Assembly: GCA_963624325.1 (NCBI GenBank)
Contig: CAVFPH010000027.1
Location: 1 to 15,296 of the forward strand
Length of the DNA stretch: 15,296 bases
Reading direction: 5' to 3'
From: a bacterium
Lineage (GTDB): Bacteria > Bacillota > Clostridia > Christensenellales > Aristaeellaceae
Shown: positions 5,342 to 12,523 of the stretch, in pieces
Position numbering within the stretch: position 1 is the stretch's first letter
How the letters are laid out: every line of letters starts with the position of its first letter
Notes under the pieces: model-generated
The model's input: only the letters and a program-made list of their open reading frames with translations
The model's database searches: none
What the model was told of the DNA's origin: nothing
Position numbers and translations under genes: made by a program

Positions 5342-7999
5342 ATGTGCATGCTGACGCTATCAAACATCCACAAGGAATACGCATCGGGCGAGCTTCGCGT
5401 GGAGGCACTTCGCGGGGTAAGCCTTTCTTTCCGTAAGAATGAGTTTGTGGCGATACTGGGACCGTCCGGCTGCGGAAAAACAACCCTGCTGAACATTATC
5501 GGCGGATTGGATCGGTATACGCAGGGGGATCTGATCATCAAAGGGCGTTCCACCCGTGAGTACAAGGACGCCGACTGGGACAGCTACCGCAACCATTCCG
5601 TGGGCTTTGTGTTCCAGTCCTATAATCTGATTCCGCACCAGACGGTGCTCAGCAATGTCGAATTGGCCCTGACGCTTGGCGGCGTATCCGCAAAGGAACG
5701 CAGAAGCCGCGCCGTGAAGGCGCTGGAGCGGGTGGGGCTTGGCGATCAGCTGAACAAGAAGCCCAACGAGATGAGCGGCGGGCAGATGCAGCGCGTGGCC
5801 ATTGCGCGTGCCCTGGTAAATGATCCCGAAATCCTGCTGGCGGATGAGCCGACCGGTGCATTGGACAGCGAAACCAGCGTGCAGATTATGGATGCACTGA
5901 AGGAAATAGCACAGGATCGGCTGGTGATCATGGTTACCCATAATCCCGAGCTGGCTGCGCAGTATGCCACGCGGACCATCCGTCTGCTGGACGGCCGCGT
6001 GATGGATGATACCATGCCCTTTGACGGCAAGGACGAGGAAGACAGCCTGCCTTCAAAGACGGGAAGCACCTCCATGCATTTTACAACGGCGCTGCACCTG
6101 TCACTAAACAACCTGCTGACCAAAAAGGGGCGTACTTTCATGGTTGCCCTGGCGGGCAGCATCGGGATTATCGGCATCGCACTGATCCTTTCCCTTTCGA
6201 ATGGCGTAAACGAATACATCAAAAGCGTAGAGGAAGATACGCTTGCGCAGTACCCGCTGACCATTGAATCCGAAACCATGAGTCAATCTGCCCTGCTGAG
6301 TGCCATGGCGAGCGCCTCCTCCGGCAGAGATGCTCCGCAGGAGGAAGGCTATATTTACTCCAGCAACGTAATGGGCAACCTGATGAACGCGATGGTGTCG
6401 GAGGTAAATGAAAACGACCTTCCCGCGTTCAAAGAATATCTGGAAAATTCCGAGGAGATTGCCGAGCTGACCGGCAGCATTTCCTATGAGTACGGCTCAA
6501 CCCTTTTGATTTACAACCGCAATGCCGTCGGCGGGGTGCAGCAGGTACAGCCCAGCACCCTGATTGATACGATGACAAACAGCTCCATGATGAGCGACGC
6601 CAGCGAGCTGGCCTCCATGTCGTCGATGTCCTCTCTTTCGCAGCTGACAAGCATGTACAACATGAACGTATTCTTTGAACTGGCGGAAACCGACAGCGAA
6701 AAGGACAGCAGCTATGAGCTGATTGCCGGCCATCTGCCGCAAAATTACGATGAACTGCTGCTTGTGGTGGGCGAAAACGACGACATCAGCGATACGACTC
6801 TGTATACCCTGGGCCTTCGGGATCAAAGCACGGTTCAGCAGCTGTTTATGACCCTGCTGACCGGCGGCACGGTTGAAAGCGAGACAATCAGCTATACGTA
6901 TGATGAACTGCTGGATATGACGTTTACGCTGGTTCTGCCGGGAAACCTCTATCAGGATCAGGGGGAGGGCATTTACGCCGATGTCAGCCGGGATGAACAG
7001 GCCATGGAAGAAGTGCTGGATGCCGGGGTAACGCTGCACATTGCGGGCATTGCCCGCAGCGGCGGCAATTCCATGATCAGCACCATGATGGCGGGCAGCG
7101 TGGGCTATACCCATGAGCTGGTGGAATATGTGGTGACGGCCAACAACGAAACTTCCTCCGTCAAGGCGCAGAAAGAGCATCCCGAAACCGACATTTTTAC
7201 GGGCATCAATTTTGCGGGCGGCATGGAAGTGGAGCCGACCATGGAGATGCTGGAGGCATACCTGAACACTTTGCCGAAGGAGCAGCAAACCACCATGCGT
7301 GCCATGATCGGCATGATGAGCGAAGAACGCGTCCTGTCCATGATGCGCAGCGAGATGGAAAAACAGCAGACGGATGCTACCTACGAGGGCAATCTGTCCA
7401 AGCTGAGCGCCACCGATCTTGATTCGCCCACGCAGATCAAAATTTATCCGATTGATTTTGAAAGCAAGCAGCGCATTACGGAACTGATTGAGCAGTACAA
7501 TGCATCCATGCGGGAAAGCGGCCATGAAGAAAGCGTAATCCGCTATACGGACTATGTCGGATCGCTCATGTCCTCCGTGACAACCATCATCGACACCATT
7601 TCCTATGTGCTGATCGCATTCGTTTCAATTTCGCTGATCGTATCGTCCATCATGATCGGCATTATTACCTATATCAGCGTGCTGGAGCGCACCAAGGAAA
7701 TCGGCATTCTGCGCGCAATGGGCGCCTCAAAGCGCGATGTATCGCATGTGTTCACTGCGGAAACGCTGATTATCGGCATGGTAGCGGGCTTGCTGGGCGT
7801 GCTGGTCACGTGGCTGCTTACCTTCCCCATCAATGCCCTGATTCACCATCTTACGCAGATCAACGCCGCGGCAATTCTGCCCGGCGGCGCGGCTGCCATC
7901 CTTGTGGTGATCAGCATGGTGCTGACAATCCTGGCGGGCGCGATTCCTTCCCGCCTGGCCGCCAAGAAAGATCCCGTAGTGGCCCTGAGAACGGAGTAA
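5342..7999 (+). CDS. fused ABC transporter ATP-binding/permease protein, MacB/FtsX (type VII) architecture with a very large extracytoplasmic domain
   Basis: The NBD has Walker A GPSGCGKTT, Q-loop FQSYNLIPHQT, signature MSGGQMQRVAIARAL, Walker B ILLADEPTGALD and H-loop MVTHN. TM1 is FMVALAGSIGIIGIALILSL. A soluble segment of ~460 aa follows. The C-terminus has the FtsX three-TM module (ERTKEIGILRAMGASKRDV...IPSRLAAKKDPVVALRTE). The start may instead be ATG 5348 (MLTLSNIHKEY), 10 nt after the AAGGGAG RBS. Confidence 0.93.
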   Translation: MCMLTLSNIHKEYASGELRVEALRGVSLSFRKNEFVAILGPSGCGKTTLLNIIGGLDRYTQGDLIIKGRSTREYKDADWDSYRNHSVGFVFQSYNLIPHQTVLSNVELALTLGGVSAKERRSRAVKALERVGLGDQLNKKPNEMSGGQMQRVAIARALVNDPEILLADEPTGALDSETSVQIMDALKEIAQDRLVIMVTHNPELAAQYATRTIRLLDGRVMDDTMPFDGKDEEDSLPSKTGSTSMHFTTALHLSLNNLLTKKGRTFMVALAGSIGIIGIALILSLSNGVNEYIKSVEEDTLAQYPLTIESETMSQSALLSAMASASSGRDAPQEEGYIYSSNVMGNLMNAMVSEVNENDLPAFKEYLENSEEIAELTGSISYEYGSTLLIYNRNAVGGVQQVQPSTLIDTMTNSSMMSDASELASMSSMSSLSQLTSMYNMNVFFELAETDSEKDSSYELIAGHLPQNYDELLLVVGENDDISDTTLYTLGLRDQSTVQQLFMTLLTGGTVESETISYTYDELLDMTFTLVLPGNLYQDQGEGIYADVSRDEQAMEEVLDAGVTLHIAGIARSGGNSMISTMMAGSVGYTHELVEYVVTANNETSSVKAQKEHPETDIFTGINFAGGMEVEPTMEMLEAYLNTLPKEQQTTMRAMIGMMSEERVLSMMRSEMEKQQTDATYEGNLSKLSATDLDSPTQIKIYPIDFESKQRITELIEQYNASMRESGHEESVIRYTDYVGSLMSSVTTIIDTISYVLIAFVSISLIVSSIMIGIITYISVLERTKEIGILRAMGASKRDVSHVFTAETLIIGMVAGLLGVLVTWLLTFPINALIHHLTQINAAAILPGGAAAILVVISMVLTILAGAIPSRLAAKKDPVVALRTE

Positions 8000-8001
8000 A
8001 C

Positions 8002-8041
8002 AAAAAAGCGGGCAGCATCCATCTGCTGTCCGCATATATTT
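8002..8041. terminator. bidirectional intrinsic terminator between the convergent ABC transporter gene and rmuC
   Basis: A 10-bp stem GCGGGCAGCA / TGCTGTCCGC (one G-U pair) with a 6-nt loop at 8008..8033. It is flanked by A6 upstream and ATATATTTT downstream. Confidence 0.65.
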
Positions 8042-8082
8042 TCCTGTGATGCCGGGGAAGTTTGCCGCAAATGTGCGGCGGC

Positions 8083-9483
8083 TTACTCGGCGTTTTTTGC
8101 GGTATCCTCCTCCTCATCAAGGGGGAGAAGCTTGGCAGACTGCGCATCGCCCAAGGCCTCCACATCGCGCAGACGGCGATTGATGGCACGTGTGCGCGCG
8201 GAAGCCTTCTGGATGGTATCGCCGGCCTGGCGCAGCCTTTGCTGCGTCTGATCCAGCAAATTGCTGAAGCGGCCGAACTCCGTCTTGACGGCGCCCAGCA
8301 GCTGCCATACCTCGGCGGAACGCTGCTCGATGGCCAGCGTGCGGAAGCCGAGCTGAAGGCTGCTCAGCAGGGCTGACAGCGTAGAGGGACCTGCAACCAG
8401 CACACGCTGGTTCTGCTGCAGCTCTTCCATCAGGCCGCGGCAGCGCAGCGCCTCGGCATACAGCCCCTCGGTAGCCAGAAACATGACAGCAAAATCGGTG
8501 GTATAGGGCGGCGCGATGTATTTTTTTGAAATCCGCTTGGCCTCTGTGCGGATGGCGTTGCACAGGTCATTGGCCGCAGATGCAGCCTGGGCGGCATCGC
8601 CGCTCTCCGAAGCGGAAAGAAGGCGTTCATAGCCCTCCAAGGGAAACTTGGAATCGATTGGCAGGTATACCTTATTTGTTTCGTCTTTTCCGGGCAGGAT
8701 GACGGCAAACTCCACGCGCTCCGCCGAGCCCGGTACAACCGCCACATTTTCCGCGTACTGGGCGGGGGCCAGCATCTGTGAGAGCAGCGCGCCCAGCTGC
8801 ACCTCGCCCCAAATGCCGCGCGTTTTCACATTGCTGAGCACGCGCTTTAGATCCCCCACACCCGTGGCCAGATTCTGCATTTCACCCAGGCCTTTGTACA
8901 CCTGCTCCAGCCGCTCATTGACCAGCGAGAAGCTTTCACCCAAACGTTTATTGAGCGTTTCATGCAGCTTTTCATCCACCGTTTTCCGCATGTTTTCCAG
9001 CTTTTCGGCATTGTCCTTCTGCATTTTATCCATGCTCTGCGACAGCGATTCGCGCAGCTTTTCGGTGCGCTGATCATTGGCGGACAGCTTTTCATCCAGG
9101 GTGGCGGACATGCGGTGCAGCCGCGTATCCTGCGCCTCTCCGAACGCATCCAGCCGTGCGCTCAGCTGATCCAGCCGCTGATCGCGGTCCCGCCCGTTTT
9201 CGGCGATGGCGGCAGCGGAGGCTGCCTGCTGACGTGCCATTTCGCCGCGCAGACGATCCTCAAGCGTGGCAAAGGCATTGGCGGTTTGGTCGCTGAGCTG
9301 CTGCCTGCCCTGCGCTACGCAGTCGGTAATGCGATCCACATTATGCTCGGTTCGGTCACGCAGACGCTCCTGATGGCGGCGCTGACGGACAAGCAAAGTG
9401 CAAAGCAGCGCACAGCTGATGAAAAGCAGTGCGCCGCAAACCAAAAGCAATATTCCCGTATAGGCATTTAATTGATCAAGCAT
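8083..9483 (-). CDS. rmuC: DNA recombination protein RmuC (N-terminal TM helix, coiled coil, C-terminal RmuC nuclease-like domain)
   Basis: MLDQLNAYTGILLLVCGALLFISCALL is a TM helix. A long Q/R/E/L-rich coiled coil follows. Then RGIWGEVQL..LL...L....Y...V.......VEFAI.LP.....YLPIDSKFPLE.Y and FAVMFL.TEGLY are typical RmuC motifs. I take the first ATG at 9483. The ORF-track extension to 9549 begins at a non-canonical codon and overlaps tdk. Confidence 0.9.
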   Translation of the reverse strand: MLDQLNAYTGILLLVCGALLFISCALLCTLLVRQRRHQERLRDRTEHNVDRITDCVAQGRQQLSDQTANAFATLEDRLRGEMARQQAASAAAIAENGRDRDQRLDQLSARLDAFGEAQDTRLHRMSATLDEKLSANDQRTEKLRESLSQSMDKMQKDNAEKLENMRKTVDEKLHETLNKRLGESFSLVNERLEQVYKGLGEMQNLATGVGDLKRVLSNVKTRGIWGEVQLGALLSQMLAPAQYAENVAVVPGSAERVEFAVILPGKDETNKVYLPIDSKFPLEGYERLLSASESGDAAQAASAANDLCNAIRTEAKRISKKYIAPPYTTDFAVMFLATEGLYAEALRCRGLMEELQQNQRVLVAGPSTLSALLSSLQLGFRTLAIEQRSAEVWQLLGAVKTEFGRFSNLLDQTQQRLRQAGDTIQKASARTRAINRRLRDVEALGDAQSAKLLPLDEEEDTAKNAE

Positions 9484-10066
9484 GAGATTTCCCCATTTTC
9501 CAGTGCTTATAGCACAGGCCGATGTAGCGGATGGATTGCTGATTGTCAATGAGAACCTGCTCGCCGACCTTGACTACCTGCCCACGGCCGTTGACGCGCG
9601 CGTTCATGGTGGCCTTGCAGCCGCACCAGCACAGACCGCCGGGCACTTCCCCGATATCCTCCGACAGGCGCATCAGCGCAGCGGAGCCCGGGAAAAAGTT
9701 GCCGATAAAGTCGGTTTTCAGGCCGTAGCAGTAAAATTCGTGCTCACCGGACAGATCGGCCATTTCCTGCACCTGCGCCTCGGTCAGAAACTGCGCCTCA
9801 TCCACAAAAATGTAGGGAAAGTCGTTGTGTTCCTGACGGATTGCCAGCCAGGAAAGCTGCTCGCTGACACTGTGGCCGGCTTCCAGCACAATATCCGCCT
9901 GCGCCTGAAGGCCGACGCGGGAGTAGACGGTGTATGCGTCGATTCGCGTATCGATGGCCGGCTTGATCAGGGCCACATTGAAGCCCTGCTGAATATAGTT
10001 ATAGCGCTGCATCAGCAGCATGGCTGTTTTGCTTGAGCCCATCACGCCGTAATAAAAGTGGAGCAT
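9476..10066 (-). CDS. tdk: thymidine kinase (E. coli Tdk-like)
   Basis: MLHFYYGVMGSSKTAMLLMQRYNYIQQG closely resembles the E. coli Tdk N-terminus and P-loop. The Cys-rich zinc ribbon is CWCGCKA...GLCYKHW. The start overlaps the recR stop codon (TAATG). Confidence 0.93.
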   Translation of the reverse strand: MLHFYYGVMGSSKTAMLLMQRYNYIQQGFNVALIKPAIDTRIDAYTVYSRVGLQAQADIVLEAGHSVSEQLSWLAIRQEHNDFPYIFVDEAQFLTEAQVQEMADLSGEHEFYCYGLKTDFIGNFFPGSAALMRLSEDIGEVPGGLCWCGCKATMNARVNGRGQVVKVGEQVLIDNQQSIRYIGLCYKHWKMGKSHA

Positions 10067-10668
10067 TACAGTTCCCGCCTGCCTTCCATTGCTTTGGAAA
10101 GGGTGATTTCGTCGGCGTATTCCAAATCGCTGCCTACCGGCACGCCGTGGGCGATGCGCGTTACGCGTATCCCCATGGGCTTGATGAGCCGTGCGATATA
10201 GGCGGCGGTCGCTTCGCCTTCGATATCGGGATTCGTTGCCAAAATGACCTCGGTCACCTTTTCGGTGGACAGACGGGCAAGCAGCTCACGAATGCGGATA
10301 TCCTCCGGCCCGACGCCGTTCATGGGGGAGAGGGCGCCGTGCAGCACGTGGTAGCGGCCGTGATAGTCCCGCATACGCTCCATCGCGGCCACATCCCGCG
10401 GATCGCGGACAACGCAGATCTGCCCGTTTTGGCGCGCTTCATCCGCACAGACATCGCAAATTTCATTTTGCGTATAATTGCCGCAGATTGCGCAGAAGCG
10501 CACCGCTTTTCGCCCCTGCCAGATGGCGGCGGCAAGGTCATGGACATCCTGCTCGGGCATGCCGGCAATATGGTAGGCAAGCCGCTGGGCGCTTTTCTGC
10601 CCGATACCGGGCAGACGCGCCAGCTGGGCTGCCATGCGTGCAATCGGTTCTACCGTGGATGTGCTCAT
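10066..10668 (-). CDS. recR: recombination protein RecR
   Basis: 200 aa. It has the HhH motif LPGIGQKSAQRLAYH, the Cys4 zinc finger C.IC.....C.VC and the Toprim region VVRDPRDV.A.E....Y.G.YHVL.G..SP. The start overlaps the ybaB stop codon (TGATG). Confidence 0.95.
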   Translation of the reverse strand: MSTSTVEPIARMAAQLARLPGIGQKSAQRLAYHIAGMPEQDVHDLAAAIWQGRKAVRFCAICGNYTQNEICDVCADEARQNGQICVVRDPRDVAAMERMRDYHGRYHVLHGALSPMNGVGPEDIRIRELLARLSTEKVTEVILATNPDIEGEATAAYIARLIKPMGIRVTRIAHGVPVGSDLEYADEITLSKAMEGRREL

Positions 10669-11006
10669 CAGAACATGCCGCCCATGCCGGCAGGCGCCAA
10701 CGCGGACATGGTTTTTTCACGGTTTTCCTCGCCCTGACGCAGTGCCTCATTGACTGCGGCCATGACCATATCCTGCAGCATTTCAACATCTTCGGGGTCA
10801 ACGGCTTCGGGCTTGATGGTCAGGGAAACGACCTCGCGCTTGCCGTTTACCTTGCAGGTGACTGCACCGCCGCCCGAGGAAGCTTCATACTCTTTTGTTT
10901 CCAGATCTGCCTGGGCCTGCTCCATCTGCTGCTGCATTTTCTGCGCCTGGCGCATCAGCTGCTGCATGTTCGGGCCACCGAAACCGCCGAATTGATTGCG
11001 TGCCAT
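10668..11006 (-). CDS. ybaB: YbaB/EbfC family nucleoid-associated protein
   Basis: 112 aa: [23 protein letters not shown]...EASSGGGAV.....[23 protein letters not shown] matches the YbaB family pattern. It lies directly upstream of recR. Confidence 0.93.
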   Translation of the reverse strand: MARNQFGGFGGPNMQQLMRQAQKMQQQMEQAQADLETKEYEASSGGGAVTCKVNGKREVVSLTIKPEAVDPEDVEMLQDMVMAAVNEALRQGEENREKTMSALAPAGMGGMF

Positions 11007-11082
11007 AATATCATATCCTCCGTATACTTTCCGCGTCGGAATCCCCGCGGGAACGCCGCCGCAAGCTTATCTTTACCTGCAT

Positions 11083-11111
11083 ACTATACCATATTCCGGG
11101 GATCCTTGCAA
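11083..11111 (-). promoter_or_regulatory. sigma-A-type promoter for ybaB-recR-tdk-rmuC (extended -10)
   Basis: The minus strand reads TTGCAA (11111..11106), a 17-nt spacer, then TATAGT (11088..11083) preceded by TGg. It lies about 75 nt upstream of the ybaB ATG. Confidence 0.6.
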
Positions 11112-11165
11112 TGAGAACCTGACTGAAAAAAAGAACGGAAGCGGCCCTGAAATTCGGCTGCTTAG

Positions 11166-11194
11166 TTGCACGGAAGGCTTTTCTATGGTAGAAT
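11166..11194 (+). promoter_or_regulatory. sigma-A-type promoter for the GNAT / hydrolase / MurF-like / ddl cluster (extended -10)
   Basis: TTGCAC (11166..11171), a 17-nt spacer, then TAGAAT (11189..11194) preceded by TGg. It is divergent from the ybaB promoter 55 nt away. Confidence 0.55.
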
Positions 11195-11232
11195 GGCACT
11201 TGCGCGGTGCTCCGCGTGGAGGAGTGCTTGTT

Positions 11233-11721
11233 TTGCTGTGGAATTTTCTCTCTTCTTTCCGTCCGGCGCTGCGGGATGAAAAGATTGCCCTGCTGCTGAG
11301 TCGGGAGGAAGTGTTTGATCCGACGCTTGGCATTGATGACGGCTACACGTTTTACATTCAGGAAAGAAGCTCCCGCAGGCGCGCGGGATACATCAGCCTG
11401 CGCCTTGGCGAAAGCCCGCAATTGTACTATCTTGGGCATATCGGCTACAGAATCGATGAGCCCTTCCGCGGGCACGGATACGCCGCCCATGCTTGCCGCA
11501 TGCTGATCCCGTTTATGCGAGGGCTGAACCTGAAAAGCGTGTGCATAACGGCGGATCCCGACAACATCGCTTCCCGCAAAACCTGCGAAAATGTGGGATG
11601 CACCCTGGAATCCATTGTGCCCGTGCCGCCGGGGTATCAATACATATGCTCCGGTTCCACGCAAAAATGCCGATATATTCTGCTGACGGATGAAGCGGAT
11701 GAAGAAAACCATGCCGAATGA
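11233..11721 (+). CDS. GNAT family N-acetyltransferase
   Basis: GYISLRLG......YLGHIGYRIDEPFRGHGYAAHACRML...ITADPDNIASRKTCENVGC contains the acetyl-CoA motif A (R-G-H-G-Y-A). The start is uncertain. I prefer TTG 11233, 10 nt after a GGAGG RBS and downstream of the predicted promoter. The alternative in-frame ATG at 11185 lies inside that promoter. The ORF-track start at 10996 overlaps ybaB and is rejected. Confidence 0.8.
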   Translation: MLWNFLSSFRPALRDEKIALLLSREEVFDPTLGIDDGYTFYIQERSSRRRAGYISLRLGESPQLYYLGHIGYRIDEPFRGHGYAAHACRMLIPFMRGLNLKSVCITADPDNIASRKTCENVGCTLESIVPVPPGYQYICSGSTQKCRYILLTDEADEENHAE

Positions 11722-11738
11722 GCGAGAAAGGAGTGCCT

Positions 11739-12512
11739 ATGCAGACAAAGCTGTGCGGGGTAACGCTGCACTATGAGCAGTACGGTCAGGGCGGCCGAAA
11801 TATACTGATGCTTCATGGCTGGGGCTGCGAAATCAAGCATTTTGCCCCCATTGCCGAGGCTCTGCAATCGGATTATCGGGTGACGGTGATTGATTTCCCG
11901 GCACACGGGCAGTCCTCACAGCCCCCTGAACCCTGGGGTGTTGCGGAGTTTGCGGCGTGCGTAAAGGCGCTGATCCTGCAGCTTCAAATGGCCCCGTGCG
12001 ACATCATCGCGCATTCTTTCGGCGGCCGCGTGGCACTGTATCTGGCCGCCAACGATCCGCAATTGATTGGCCGCATGGTGCTTACGGGCTGCGCGGGCAT
12101 AAAAGCCCCGCAAACGCCCGAACAGAAAAAGCGCGCGGCACGCTATCAGCGGAAGAAAAAACTGTATCAGACCCTCGGAAAAACGGCACTGTTTCGCAAA
12201 ATGTCGGAGCGTCTGCTTTCCGATCTTCGCAAAAAATACGGATCTCCCGATTATAACGCGCTGAGCGATGAAATGAAAAAGACCTTTGTCAAGGTGGTCA
12301 GCGAGGATTTGACCCCTCTGCTGCCGCAAGTCAAGGCTTCAACGCTGCTTGTATGGGGTGAAAACGATACCGAAACCCCGCTTTGGATGGGAAAACAGAT
12401 GGAAAAGACGATCCCGGATGCTGGGCTTGTCGTTTTCGAACAGGATGATCACTTTGCCTATCTTCGCCAGTGGCCGCGCTTTGTGTGCGTGGTGCGGGCG
12501 TTCCTGAAGTGA
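11739..12512 (+). CDS. alpha/beta-fold hydrolase with a basic helical lid insertion
   Basis: The protein has an oxyanion-region HGWG, the nucleophile elbow AHSFGG (G/A-x-S-x-G) and a C-terminal DDHF histidine. I prefer ATG 11739, with an AAAGGAG RBS 5 nt upstream, over ATG 11718, which overlaps the GNAT stop codon. The substrate is unknown. Confidence 0.85.
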   Translation: MQTKLCGVTLHYEQYGQGGRNILMLHGWGCEIKHFAPIAEALQSDYRVTVIDFPAHGQSSQPPEPWGVAEFAACVKALILQLQMAPCDIIAHSFGGRVALYLAANDPQLIGRMVLTGCAGIKAPQTPEQKKRAARYQRKKKLYQTLGKTALFRKMSERLLSDLRKKYGSPDYNALSDEMKKTFVKVVSEDLTPLLPQVKASTLLVWGENDTETPLWMGKQMEKTIPDAGLVVFEQDDHFAYLRQWPRFVCVVRAFLK

Positions 12513-12523
12513 GGTAGAATGGC

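Noticed and set aside
8064-8079. A small hairpin, GCCGCA-AATG-TGCGGC, immediately after the rmuC stop codon.
   Set aside because: It has only 6 bp and no U-tract on the minus strand. The stronger bidirectional terminator at 8008..8033 accounts for termination.
9484-9549. An N-terminal extension of the rmuC ORF (MTISNPSATSACAISTGKWGNL).
   Set aside because: It begins at a non-ATG/GTG/TTG codon and lies entirely inside the tdk coding region. The first ATG (9483) gives a typical RmuC N-terminal TM helix and overlaps the tdk stop codon in a coupling arrangement.
11007-11165. A possible SRP (4.5S/scRNA) gene or dnaX remnant upstream of ybaB, as seen in many Firmicutes.
   Set aside because: Only ~55 nt lie between the two divergent promoters. 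I could not find the conserved SRP domain IV sequence (the CCGGAAGGAAGCAGC-like core); only a weak GGAAGCGG fragment is present. An Infernal scan would settle it.
10996-11232. A long N-terminal extension of the GNAT ORF (241-aa version).
   Set aside because: It would overlap the ybaB start codon on the other strand and run through both divergent promoters. It adds ~80 residues with no GNAT similarity. GNAT relatives of this type begin shortly before the LRDEKIALLL-like strand.
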